A stretch of DNA of 60,450 nucleotides, filler included, from Porpidia crustulata (Eukaryota), in assembly GCA_964255105.1 (NCBI GenBank). It is 8 parts of 8 records of this genome, joined end to end, with 100 filler letters (N's around TTAATTAATTAA, not from the genome) between each part and the next. Parts side by side here need not be neighbours in the genome. Positions count along the whole stretch, not along the records: positions 45,439 to 52,900 come from CAXUWE010001317.1; positions 53,001 to 60,450 come from CAXUWE010001319.1; 6 more parts are not named here. One strand, given 5' to 3'. Below the pieces are notes generated by a model, which saw nothing but the letters and a program-made list of their open reading frames with translations, was not told the DNA's origin and searched no databases. This document shows, in pieces, positions 47,837-60,450 of the stretch (position 1 is the first letter of the stretch; each line of letters opens with the position of its first letter). Both the position numbers and the translations under genes were made by a program.

Positions 47837-50768
47837 GAGAAGGATACAAAACACCGAGCAGGGTCCGATGAGGAGCGAGTAGAATAGGAAGATGGGTGTT
47901 ACTGATGTAAAGCAAGCGAGTAGAATATGACCGTTAGGCAAACCGTTTCGAGTAGTCCAGAAACCGTGTAGACAGAGAGGCAACAGTACCCCCCTAGATC
48001 ATTTGACCGCGCAACTTGAGTCGAGATCGAAGGCACAACAGGTTAGACTGCAGAAACTTTTGAAACCAAATTAGAAGTCGGTCAGAAGGTCAGTAATAGG
48101 ACAATAACCAATGACTCAGATGGGAGCAATCCAAGAGACTAATCCAGGCTCCAGAGTACCACCTAAATTCCACCGCAAACACTTGCTGAAGGTGATCTTG
48201 ATGGCAGTAGAGATGGATCGTTTCTCAGACCTTCCAGCCGCCTAGTGACACAAGGTCCTTTCTGGAGACGATTGTAGTACTAGTGGGCCCGTAGGCAATG
48301 ACTGGAAGACTTGGAAGATCTCTGTTCGGTGATTGACACATATCTGCGTAAAGCTAGAGAGACAATTCGGTCTTGGATGCGCTGTGCGACACCAGATAGA
48401 ATACGCTCTCGTCCTCACTTAGCTGTGTTGCTCGAGGTCGGTGGAAGAGATTCGGGGGAAGTTTAGAGAAGGTCCAGGTACTGTTATGCTTGGCTCTTAA
48501 GTTGATGTGAATATTCAGTGGAGGGGCGAAGGGCAATATGACTAAAGGGTAGGCGTGATGGAGAGGTATGGAGCGAGGAAGGCGAAATAAGCAGGTGTCG
48601 TTTTCGAAGAGGCGAAACGGTAGGGTGAGGTGAGCTGTGAATATCAAAGCTTTGAAAAGGACCTGTAGGGGGCGTTTATGAGTCCTGCTTTTGCCAGCTG
48701 TTGTTTGGGTGTGGGCTTTGACATACAATACGGTCGCAAACGACAAATTCAGCATGAAATGTTGTTAGAAATACAGGTAAAAATACACGATATTATTATG
48801 ATTTGAGTGGAGAGTGTGAGAAGTCATCAACTGTAGTATTCACAGGCGGAAGAGTGGAGGTTCATTCATCATCGTTGCTTGCATTCTTTTGTGACTCTTT
48901 TCGTTGGAGGGGGGTTTCGCCGGGAATGGTAGTAGTAATAGCAATCCGGAGTAAGGTAGGAGGTGTGCGGCCCCCGTTTAGTGCGCTGATGACTCTTTTG
49001 CCTTCGTCCCAGCCAAGAGCCAGCCAGCCAGCTTCTCTATTTCTCCCCAGCCCAACTCATCCTCGCAGACCCGCAAGCGCCAACAAGCATTTGTAATTTC
49101 AAAATAATTATTTATTGTTTAATTGTAATTTCCAAGTCATATCTCTCAAACATTACTACAGTACAGTGAATTTACCATTACGTTAAATCTACAGCACAAA
49201 GGAAGAACTGTTGCGAGCCTGGCACGCCTGGGCACCGCACCCGGAAATCACTTCAGCACTACTTGCTATGTGATGCTGACTAGTTCCATGACACGCGTAT
49301 TTGTTATACTGCCACTAATCCTCGTATCCTGCGAGTCATATTTGGCCGAGAAGCACCTGAGCGGCTGAGATTTCCCATCCGCCACTCCTGATCGACGGCT
49401 TTTAGGCAACTCGAACCTACCCGAAATGAAAGCATGTGGCGATTCTTGAATAATATTATGACAATAATACCAAACATTAAGAATGCAAGTGTGGTGCGTG
49501 GATGACTTCTTGTTGGCTTGCCACTGGCGCTGAGTTGCCTGTGCCGGATCCGTTGTGCAACCGGCCGGATGAGTCAAGCTCGTTGTCGGTAATTGATCAA
49601 TCATATGGATTGCAGTACCACATCGATGCTGGCTATATCCTTGATAAATCGTAGACTACCTGCGTGATGTCTCTCATCCTGCTTCGTTCCACGAGGCTGA
49701 AGCTCTAGGCAACTCAAACTTCGCTGATGCAAAGTAGCGTTAGCGTTGTTTGACGCCTAAATCGACAACGCGACTTCCACCCAAGTGTGGAATTTGCGAA
49801 ACTGGTACCTGGAATTTCAACCATTCAGGATCCTGAAGAAGTCAAGGAGTGGTTTCGCAAAAGTCTCAGTAAATGGTGTGTAATGTACCAGACCAGTCAG
49901 GTAGCCGCTGGCTCAATACTGAGCACTGAATCTTCGAAGGCAGGTATCAATGCAATAGAAGTAATACCCCAGCATGTACAAAACACATGACTAAAAGTGC
50001 TGGAGTGAGTCAAGCGTCAAACGTGTGTAAATAAAATAGGTAAGTCATTTCTAGCAACTCATGTCTTGCCACAAAGGATGTTCGACGACAAGCGTGAGAT
50101 AAAATTTCGAACCGACGTCCACGGCAGCGTGGAACGGAAGCCAAGATCTGGTTCCCTCAAGGCGAATGCATCATCCTGAAGCGTTGAAGCAAGGACGAAG
50201 TAGGATTAATTGGGGTGAAATTTGGTATTTTTCAATAGACATGCCAAACAACGATACAAATGAGATAAATCATCTAGAAGTTGAATCATGGAGCAATGCT
50301 CACGGAAGACCTGCCTGCCTGTCTAAAGATGTGCCATGTTATCTACAGATAATCGTTTCGACTATGCAGGACGTAGCTGTTTGTACACTTTTCCCAGATA
50401 AGATCCATTTAGATATACGAGCTCTTGTTCGGCTAAATATTTGTTGAGGTGGAGTTTGGTCTTGTTTCTAGGCGAAGCTCGGGATGAAAAGAGAGGAATT
50501 GGATGAAAGGTAGGTATGAAGTGGACGGCGATTGTGCTCCGAAGGATCACGTGAGCACGCACTCCGGCCGAGCGATTCCGTAATGAATTATTTATCATTA
50601 GAAGTCTTGGCATTTTGGTCTTTTTTTTTGAGACAACGACTCCGAAGCTCCGAAGCTCCGACAATCTGCCTTCACTTTCCTATGGTCGAAAGAGAAGTCG
50701 GTTGAGGTACCTTATTCTTCACGTGCTTCAATTGGTGTGTCAAGGCCCTTTGTAACGGCCAGAAAAGA

Positions 50769-52487
50769 ATGCTGTCCCGTCTACCGTTCTCTCAGTCACA
50801 TGCTATAAGATCCGCTTTAAGTGCACAAACGCCGAAGCTGCCATTACCCCTCAATGCGTCAATAAGTAGCCGATATTTCGCAAGGTATATAGGCATGGTA
50901 CGTTGTTGCTTTACTTTCGAATGTCCATGTCAAGTATCAACTCAGCAGTCTGACGACAAATATGACGCAGGCGACTCGATCGGAAAGTGATGCCTTTGGC
51001 GAAGTCCAGGTTCCCACGGATAGATACTGGGGAGCGCAGACGGAGAGGTCGTTGGAAAACTTCAAGATTAATCAACCACAAGATCGGATGCCCCCGCCTG
51101 TTGTGAGAGCATTTGGCATTCTCAAGGGAGCTGCGGCTACGGTGAACATGAACTACGGGCTCGGTAATTGTGCCATATGTGAAGAATGGGAGCAATAGCT
51201 GAGAGAAATCAAGATCCTAAGATTGGGAAAGCTATACAGCAGGCCGCTGAAGAGGTGGCCTCACTGAAACTGGTCGACCATTTTCCCTTGGTAGTGTGGC
51301 AGACTGGATCGGGGACTCAATCAAACATGAATGCCAATGAAGTCATCTCAAATCGAGCCATTGAGATACTTGGAGGCACGATGGGGTCGAAAAAGCCTGT
51401 TCACCCAAATGATCACGTCAACATGTCCGCTTCGTCCAATGATTCTTTCCCTACCGTCATGCACATCGCTTCGGTATTGGAAATCGAAGAGTCCCTACTG
51501 CCTTCTCTAAAGAGTCTTCGAGATGCAATGCAGGCAAAGAGCGAAGATTTTGAGAAGATTATCAAGATCGGGCGGACACATCTTCAAGACGCTACGCCAT
51601 TAACTCTTGGGCAGGAGTTTTCTGGATATGTTGCACAGCTGGACTATGGAATCGAACGCGTTGAATCGACTCTTCCTCATCTACGGCTCCTGGCACAAGG
51701 CGGAACTGCCGTCGGGACAGGTCTCAACACCTTCAAAGGCTTTGCCGAAGCCATTGCTGCTGAAGTCAGCAAAATGACCAAGTCGGAATTCAAGACCGCC
51801 CCGAATAAGTTCGAGGCGCTTGCCGCTCATGATGCGGTAGTCCAAGCATCAGGAGCGCTAAATACCTTGGCGTGCTCTCTTTTCAAGATAGCGCAAGATA
51901 TTCGCTTTCTTGGCTCCGGACCTCGATGCGGTCTTGGAGAATTGCAGCTCCCAGAGAACGAGCCGGGTTCTTCAATCATGCCTGGCAAGGTCAACCCGAC
52001 ACAGTGCGAGGCGCTGACTATGGTGTGCGCGCAAGTAATGGGTAACCACACTACGGTGACAATATCCGGCATGAGCGGACAATTCGAGCTCAACGTCTTC
52101 AAACCCGTTCTCATCAGGAACCTGCTACACAGCATAAGGATCTTGAGCGACGGCATGACGAGTTTCGAGAAGAATCTTGTCGCAGGCATTCGAGCTGACG
52201 AAAAAAGAATCGGTACCTTGCTGAACGAAAGGTAAACCTCCTCCCCCAAACCACATTTACGCCGCCTTGCCTTCGCTAACGTCCTTAGCCTCATGCTCGT
52301 CACGTGCCTCAACCCCGTCATCGGCTACGACATGGCATCCAAGGTCGCAAAGAACGCGCACAAGAAAGGCTTGACGCTGAAGGACAGCGCGATGGAACTA
52401 AAGGCGCTCAGCGAGGAGGATTTCGATCGATACGTGCATCCGGAGCTGATGTTGAGCCCGAAGGAGAAGAAGGAGGAGGGTCCGTAG
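50769..52487 (+). CDS. FUM1: Fumarate hydratase (class II) with mitochondrial presequence, 3 introns
   Basis: [46 protein letters not shown]; signature [15 protein letters not shown]; introns 50898-50970, ~51164-51213 and ~52232-52289. Confidence 0.97.
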
Positions 52488-52820
52488 CTGTAGCCGGTGC
52501 TTTTTTTCTCGGCGGCCGTAGGCACGGTTTTTTTTTAACGTGGTAGGGAAAAGAGGCGGTAGAAGTATTTTGCATACAATAGCTTTTGACTTGGCCTGTA
52601 TACAGCCTTTTCAGAGTGATCTATTCAATCCATCTAGAAATCGCTGTCGTTTAGGCATCTACCTCGGCAACCGTGACAATGATATTCGCTTGCGCTCCGA
52701 CCTGCGTCCGACCGGCCCTTGTCCGACTTCATTAGTCCCGTATGTCGCCGATGAGTAACTTGGGTGGGTATGGCTGATTTGAAGACCACCTAACCTGAGC
52801 TTCTGCTCCGACATCCAATT

Positions 52821-52857
52821 TTAGGGTTAGGAGTTTCTAGCAGCGTTAGGGTTAGGG
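52821..52857 (+). repeat. Short telomere-like TTAGGG units near a contig end
   Basis: ttagggttagg (52821-52831) and ttagggttaggg (52846-52857). Confidence 0.5.
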
Positions 52858-52900
52858 TTTCTTGAGGGTTTTGGTGGAGGGTATGGCTGAGTTTGAGAAG

Positions 52901-53000
52901 NNNNNNNNNNNNNNNNNNNNNNNNNNNNNNNNNNNNNNNNNNNNTTAATTAATTAANNNNNNNNNNNNNNNNNNNNNNNNNNNNNNNNNNNNNNNNNNNN
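52901..53000. other. Artificial contig linker
   Basis: N44-TTAATTAATTAA-N44. Confidence 0.99.
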
Positions 53001-55146
53001 GGGGAAGAGGGGCATGCATGCTGCGACGGGGGCGTATTGGAATCGGCAGCAGGATGGGATGTGGAGTTTGAAGCATGAGAAGCAGGATTTGAAGGGGTTT
53101 GGGGTGGTGGTTAGTGTGATTTGGATTTCGACGGTTTGAGGAGAGGGGTTTTCGGTGTACTGATTTGAGTGTTCGGATGAGTTCTGCAGGCTGGGCTTTT
53201 GATTTTGGGCATTTTCATGGGGCTTCGTGTTTTGTTTGTGCTAAAAGTCCTGCTAGAGTTCACAGTGATTCAGAGCTTCCTGTGAGGATGAAAAATTCAT
53301 CTCTTTGACCGGGCAATGCTCGATTCAGTTCGGTTGACAGACAGTCCAGAGAGTCATACTGCGGAATAAGCTGGTCACAACAAGGAGAACGCGAGTTTCA
53401 AAAGCTTCTCAATAACTAACAGGTGTCCTTAAAGCAATCCACGCCACGAACGGAAAGGAGACAAATCCCGGTATTACACCAGATGTCCCTGGCACCAACT
53501 AGGTAGGACCCGGTGAAGCAAGACCGATGTACGCTATAGGCTGAACGAAAATCTACGAGACCAGACACGACGAACTTCACGACGATAAGTGCATTGGCTG
53601 ACGATCTAGTTCAGTTGTTCGAGATCTCGAGGAACACAATCAGAGAACCTGCATCATAGAGTACAATCAAATTGACTGCCGGAGAATGGAAAGACTGTAA
53701 GATGAAAGCCACTGGTGACGAAAGATCCCTGATTTCGAAAGATACAAACGAGGTTGCCATGATAACCGCTACCTCGCGTGGTTGACCTTGGAGAAAGATA
53801 GGCGATTCCTATAACGTGGCCGCAGGTGGTATTGAGACTATCAGTACTCTCGACACTAGCGCCTCGGAATGTTGGGAGTACTAATACCATCTATGCCCGT
53901 CGATTCATGGAGGCCGAAAGAGAATCCCGTGCTGCCATGTGTACTCGAATCACTTTGATCCTACGTTGGACTCATTAGTCCGACCATGTCGCGGGGAAAT
54001 ACCGCACAGCAATTTCGGATAGTCTTACATCTCTGAGCTCGTCCACTATGCGACGCTCTCTGCAAGGAAATGCATCCCTCGAATGAAGCCTGGTTGTTCG
54101 ACCACTTCATCCTGGCTGCAACCTCATGGTGAGAGCCTGGTCTTTGCAGCATTGCCGTTGGGTGCTTTCGGGCAACGCGATCAATGGCTGCAATACCCGA
54201 CCAGTGATATGTTATCACCGGATCCGAACAACGGATTGAGACGAAAAGACGGCCATATAAGAAGAGCGGAGAAAAGGCGTGAGCCAGTGACTGCGGTCTC
54301 ACCCAAGTCTGGGCTTAGCATCGATGCTAGAATATCACGGTCTTTATTGACGATATTGGTGCACTATATCGGATCTCGAGGGTACCTTCAGATTCTTGAT
54401 TTATGGCCGCGATTGCAACGATTCCGGGTTACAAGATCATATCCATTGACTGGCTCGCAGCTATGTGGCAGTGTCAAATCGCTAGCAAGATATGGATTGA
54501 TGGCCTGCTTACCATTGTGTATGTGTCGAAGATGGTTCCAACACTCCACATAGAAGATGTGTTGTCGAGCCGTGGAATTCCAACGTATCAGCAAAAAGTG
54601 GATGTTCAGAATAGCTATGCTGGAATTATTTCGTCTGAAAGTTATAATGTGTGAGACGACTTCAATTCAGAACCAAATTCCCGGCGACGTTGATCCCTTG
54701 CAACTCGTTGCTCCGGTCTGCTTCTTGGACTGCTTTTAAGGTAAGGTCATGGTGGCGCACAATTGCAGAACTGTGTCATGTGTGAGGAATTCTACTAGAT
54801 CTGATCATTGAACTTTGTCTCCCTTCTCTCATGTTTCGAAACTTGCTACACAATTTGTTACAATCGAAACCGTTGGCCACTTCAACACAAAAGGATGGCT
54901 GCTCCTTACCAAATTACCTAGGGATTCTCGGGCAACGATTGGCTAGTGATCGCTCGTGAAAAGCACAAAGGAAGAGATCCAAACCACAGTAATGCTGCGC
55001 TAAAGCTGCCGGTAGGCGAGCGACAATTTGTTCTGGAATCCACATTATCCACTCACCTCACATTTCGTACCGTCATCCGCATAGCCGGAGCACACACTGA
55101 TACAAGCTTACGGAAACTCAGCTGTTGTACGCAGTACAGGAGCGTG

Positions 55147-56504
55147 ATGGCTCCTGTTGAGGTCAAAGTCGACTACTACGCCGTCCTTGAGGTATCAAAC
55201 ACTGCTACTCTTGAGGTTATGACCAAGAACTATCGACGATTGGCCATGATTCACCACCCTGATAAGAATCTGACAGGCAACTCAACAGCTATATTCCAGC
55301 TTGTAGGACCTACTAATGTTCTTAAATCAATTCTTTCAGAAGACAGATACTGACTTGTATTGACCAAGCTTCAAAATGCTTATGACACAATTGGTGACCC
55401 CCAGGGACGCCGCGTGTACGACATCAGATGGCCAGCCATCAGAGATAGTCTGAGGGCGCAGCAGGCTTCGGATTGGCGTCAAGCTGATGCCGTAGAGACA
55501 GAGAAGAGGAGGGCGACCGAAGAAAAAGCTAAAACCCAAAAGGGAAACGAAGCTCGGCAGGAATGCCTTCGATGTCTCTACTTATCCAAGTCCCGATACG
55601 AAAGCGAAACCTGCGAGCTCCGACGCGCGGTAAGAAAGCTCGCTGCAGACTTGAAGCGTCTCCAGGACCGGGACGATAAGGACGTGAGAAAGGAGAAGGA
55701 GCAGAAGAGTTGGTGGACATATATTGCTTCACCCTTCTCCGCCAAGGTGGAAGAGACCGACGAGCAGAAGCAAGCGCGGGAAACCGCCCGTCTTCATCGA
55801 CTCGCAAGTAAAACTATCAAAGGCATCGAACTTCGTGGAAGTGAGGCCAAGCTTCGGAGGCAGCAAGATGCGCTGCAAGACGTCGACAGTAAGATTGCCG
55901 CCGAGAAGAAGAATGCAGAAGATGAGGCACGGGCACAAGCTCGGCAAAGAGAATCAAGGATGGACCAAGAAGCAAGAAATAGAGCGCAGCAGGAGATGCG
56001 TGAAAGCAGGGCTAAGGTCCAGAAGGAACAGGCCGAACGTGCCGCAAAAGCAGCCCGCGACGCTCAAGCAGCCGGTGAGACACAAGAGGCCCGAGAGCGT
56101 GCTTCAAGGGAGCTTCAAGGGAGAGAGAGACGGCAAGACGTAGGATGCAAGAAAAGGAGCGAGCGGAAGCGGAAGAGGTTGCCCGACAGGCAGAAAAGTC
56201 GCGGAACAAATATTCTCGAACGGCAACGCCTTCGTATGGCTCTCATGGCACACCTAACCATACGGAGAGCACGTGCCTGCACAACAAATTCTGGCCGAAG
56301 ATTTCAGGGAGCCACGTTTGTAGCCAATGCAGCCATTTCTTACGAACATTTGCCTTACAATGCCCTGGATGCATGATGATTGCCTGTGCGAGTTGCAGGC
56401 AGAAGCTGAGAGACGAGAAACCGAGGAGATTCAATGATAGCAGACGATCTAATTTTCAAGGATATTCTGGTGCTGATGAGTGGTTCCATGACGATTTTGA
56501 CTGA
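55147..56504 (+). pseudogene. DnaJ-domain / coiled-coil / C-terminal Cys-rich protein, frameshifted by an 11-bp tandem duplication
   Basis: J domain DYYAVLEV...YRRLAMIHHPDKN...FQL|LQNAYDTIGDP; coiled coil; CLH..W..CSQC...LQCPGC...ACASC lies in another frame; gcttcaaggga is duplicated at 56101-56122. Confidence 0.75.
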
Positions 56505-59429
56505 GGATTTAAAATTGCCTAAACATGAATACGGGGCTAGGCCAGAGAGACGTGGGAATCTCGGTGAAGCCGTCAAGAATTTCTCGCCACCGAGACCATT
56601 TCTGAGGATCGGGGGAAGCGCTTGGAGCGGGCTGATCTATTCAGGTTGCGGAAGTTGGGGGACTGACGTTGGGTTTGGATATTACTAACATAGTATTAGT
56701 ACTCTTCTAGAAATTTCCCATCATCCCTCTTCATCTGTTGCGTGGTAATTCTCGGGCGCAGTGTGTTTGAACGCTATTCCAGATATTTCTGACATTCTTC
56801 TAGTTGTCGACTTTCCCGCGAAGCATATGACGAGATCTCTCTGGTAGCTTTGCTGAATATCGTACTTGACGTGAAGCGAGTCGCGCGAAGGTTTCCAAGG
56901 TCTCTCTGCTCGTCGCTTCGTTATGGGTTTGAGAGTTCCGGGTGAAACTGCCGGTAGGCTCAACGTCCCCATCCGAAATATATAAATTAGATCCTAGCTA
57001 GCAGCCCAGTGCTCAATAAACATAAGAATTTTACATTCGTGAATGTTCTTTTTATCCTCTGCTTTCTTGAAACTGAACTCACAGTCACGTCTTTCCAACG
57101 TATTCTTTATCACTACAAGTTGAAATTCAAGGACAAGAATTGGAGGCGGAATGATGGAAACATTACGTCTCAGCTATACAGGCGATGCTCATGATGGTGA
57201 GATAATTTCTTTTTCGTGGATATGACTGACGTCGTCGTTGAGAACCTTGATGATACCAGGGGCTTCTAATTCCAGTAATTTACGAATTAATCATTGGTGT
57301 CTGAGTAGAGAGCGCGGTGGAAAGGAGCCTCTCAAGGACTTGCAAGTAGTGCGCCGAAGAAGGAAAGTAAGACCTGGACGGGTTGAAAAGTGTTTTACCT
57401 CGGAAACCTTCAGTGTCATATGTGGAGTAAAGTAATGTTTTTGTTGTTGTAGCAATAGGGGACATCAGAATGCTGGCTATGCCTAGGGGACTGTCCCCGT
57501 CATCACGTCATCGTAGTTTATACTTTTTACACTGTGATATGTCAACTTGGCATAAAAAGAGGTGATTTCTCTCGAGTATCCCCTGAATACCAGTGGTATT
57601 GTCAGCCTTGAGACATTGCCGGGAATATCGCGCGGAGCATATTTGAGAAGGCATCAAGAAAAAACATCGACGATTCGGGAGCACGGCTCGATAGATAGCA
57701 TTTGCGCTTTTCGCTCAGAGTGCTTTTAGCTGCTGATTAGCTGAATTAATTATCGACGAAAGCCAAGTCATTATTCTGCTTGGATCTTGATGCTAATATG
57801 GAACAAATCAATGTATTACGTCAAACGCGAATTAAAAATTTTATCATGTGATTATGACAGTATGTTGAGTTGAGATTTTAGATTCTCATTCTTTCGATTC
57901 GTGAGTTCTCATCAAGTCAATTTAACGATTGCACTAATATGTTCACAGCGTCGTTGGATCCTTCTCCTCGTGCGTTAAGGGATTCCAGCAGTGATGCTCA
58001 AGCGCCTGACCGGCTGACCAACGTTGCTCAGGCTTCCATATCCTAGAGTACCCTCTTCAATCCATCAACATCACGGCATGGACTCGAGAGGCAGCTGATG
58101 CGTGCGATAGAATTTTTCATGGGTATATTCAAGAATATCTTGATCACGTTCACAAGCTTTCAGATGAGTACCGCGCGGCAGGTTATCCCAGCGGCGTTCA
58201 ACCCGTGTGGGAACCGGCATCATCGGACTCTGAATATTCAAGCAACGGAGCCCCGTTGAGTCCACCGGCATCGCCCAGAGGCGAAAGACCTGACCTCTCT
58301 ATTAAAGCATGGGATCGTCGTAAATGGTCGGACCTTTCACAAGGTATTGAAGCCAGAGACAGTGGCTTTGATAATTATCAGACATGGCGATCTCAGATGA
58401 TGGCAGAGCATGCGTCCAAAGTCTTACCTACTATCAGCCCGCCAGAGAAGCCGGACATACGTAAAAAACAACGGCGCTCTACTGCAGTAGTCTCAGAGCG
58501 GTCAGTGCAGATGAATCTAGAGACTCTTCCTCTTTTCTAACCGATCCAATTAGCCTTACTCGATCTAAAGCTTCTACGGCATCGTTGTTCTATGAACTTA
58601 ATCGTGACGGCAAGACTGGCCAGCCTCTTCCCGTAGTAGGATCTACTCGATATCACAAACACCGACCTACACGTCGAGTCCAGAAAAAACAGCTACGCTA
58701 AAGGAGCGATCCCTTTATGACTCTTTTACAAACTAGTTGTTGTGACTTCGGAAGTCTTAGACAAGGCAGAGGATGGTGACGTTCTTCTGTCTTGACACAA
58801 GCAATCTTGGAGGTTGCCACTTATTCGTTATGGCGTGTAACAAAAACTCGAATTGGCGTGTAAGAAATGCGGGAGCTTGATGAGCTTCTACCTAGCCCGC
58901 GAAGAGCTACATCAACGTAATTGAAGGAAGTTATAAATTACTACCAGGGGAATGAATTCCCTCTTCCACGAGGCTATCAAGAAGCCCTCGAAGTTCAACA
59001 TGCAAAGTAGATCGAGCGTTGGCTACAATTGCGGCTCAAGTTCATGTTGGAAGAGAAATAAGGCATTGAATAAGATGTCTTTCTTTACCGACAGGTTTCT
59101 TTCCTGGTATAAATTCTCAATGTATTAAAACATGCTCAAACCTTCTAAAACTGAAACACTATCTGTCTATTGATTCCAAGAGACTAATGTCGGGGAATAC
59201 CGTATAGACCTGAAATGGAAGAGTCACACGCCTTGACGTCGTATGAAGCATTGCAGAGCCTGATTGATATTTGAAATTGAGACGGCGTGAGTAGTTGTTA
59301 GCTTTATGCGACACTCGCAATGACTCTGCAACCTTCTATACACAATCATTTTAGTGTTGATGCTGCACTTTTCTGTTTCATTGCAAGTAATCCAACATAC
59401 TACAAATGACTGGGAAAGGTTACCGCGGA

Positions 59430-60088
59430 GAGCACGGTCACGAGTATATTTTTGACGTCCTGATCTGCCCGGCCGGCTTCATATCAGCTTCACTTCCACT
59501 CTCTCGCCAACTTGGGGAACCTGCAGGACCTATGGGAAGAAGTCCCGGAACCGTACCTGGGCATCGCTGTCCCTTCCTTCCCCGATATGTTCTTCCTGCT
59601 GGGCCACCACTTGCCCGTCGGCAATGGTCCCGTCATCTCCGCAATTGGTAAGCCCCTTGTCCCTTTCCCAGAAAATCCTCCTCTGGCCCCCTGACGCTAG
59701 CCTAACAGAAGCCCAGACGGACCACATCCTCACCCTAATCGACAGCTTTCACATTTAAATCATCCTTACCTTCTCACCCCACCCCCCCGCTACCGCCGAC
59801 TTCATTGCCCATACCGACGCCTACATGCGCAGCACCGTGCACGTCCAACCCTGCCGCTCCGGATGCGTAAACCACACCACGGATTCCCACGTCCGCACCC
59901 TGTGACCTAGTAGCACCCTGTATCATCTCGAAGCGCTGCGGCATCTGCACCCCGACAGCTGGGATATCCGGTACCGCGGGAACCGGTTCGCGTGGCTGGG
60001 GAACGATATCAGCCAAGCGGAGTTTGACGGGACGTGCGACCTAAGGTATTACTTGCGGGAGGTGGATGAGGGGGGTATTTGCGAGTAG
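59430..60088 (+). pseudogene. Degenerate 3' part of a flavin-dependent (Baeyer-Villiger/StcW-like) monooxygenase
   Basis: DVLICPAGF (degenerate DxxxxATGF); LQDLWEEVPEPYLGIAVPSFPDMF..PVGNG; RSG; L*PSSTL; NRFAWLGN. In-frame stops TAA 59756 and TGA 59903, plus a frameshift near 59500; no N-terminal FAD domain seen. Confidence 0.8.
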
Positions 60089-60450
60089 GGAGGTATTGAA
60101 AAGGAGCGGGACATACGTTACGAAGTTGCTTGGGCGGTTGCAGCGGAAGGGGGATTAGATCGGCGATAATATAGAGGTTAGGGTAGGATGATGGTCCTTG
60201 GGATTAGGAGAACTTTTATGGACACATATCCCCGTCTCATCCCACCCAAGAAATAAAACCCTCTGCCATCCCATTGCACCAACGACCATCCACCCTTGAG
60301 CATTCCCACCATCCCATTTGCAACTACTCCTACAACAGGAACTACGAGATCGAAAGCAAAAATCAGCCGAAATCACAGTAGAGATCCAAGATAAGCGAGA
60401 GAACGATCGTGGGTCTCGCCGTTGAAGCAAAGTAACGGAATTCCCAGGCA

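Noticed and set aside
52821..52857. True chromosome telomere
   Set aside because: Only two pairs of TTAGGG units, interrupted and followed by non-telomeric sequence.
7486..53000. Regularly spaced identical TTAATTAATTAA motifs (~7.56 kb period)
   Set aside because: Artificial six-frame-stop linkers flanked by Ns that join length-sorted contigs; not biological.

Overview
Eukaryotic DNA from a filamentous ascomycete (Pezizomycotina), with short GT-AG introns. Lecanoromycete/lichen affinity is only my impression. The window is not contiguous: eight contigs of about 7.45-7.49 kb, sorted by decreasing length, are joined by artificial 100-nt linkers (N44-TTAATTAATTAA-N44), so gene neighbourhood means nothing across linkers. 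Contig 1: Fcr1-like Zn2Cys6 TF and a SAM-HMG-Zn2Cys6-Fungal_trans fusion TF. Contig 2: alpha/beta-hydrolase plus Cys-phosphatase fusion, a DHAD paralog, RPS19. Contig 3: a fragment of a meroterpenoid cluster (P450, Pyr4/PaxB-family terpene cyclase, UbiA prenyltransferase) and a PTH11-like membrane protein. Contig 4: a membrane protein, a DAGK-domain kinase, a ROG1-like lipase. Contig 5: MTG1, a tRNA gene, a borate/HCO3- transporter. Contig 6: mitoferrin, ATG9, COG6. Contig 7: Clg1-like cyclin, fumarase. Contig 8: a frameshifted DnaJ-domain gene and a flavin-monooxygenase pseudogene. The most striking observation is a tRNA-Trp(CCA) gene (33593-33713, minus) split inside the anticodon stem (position 28/29) by a 49-nt insertion with exact GT...AG ends and a branch-point-like motif. 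It looks like a spliceosomal intron rather than a canonical 37/38 tRNA intron.
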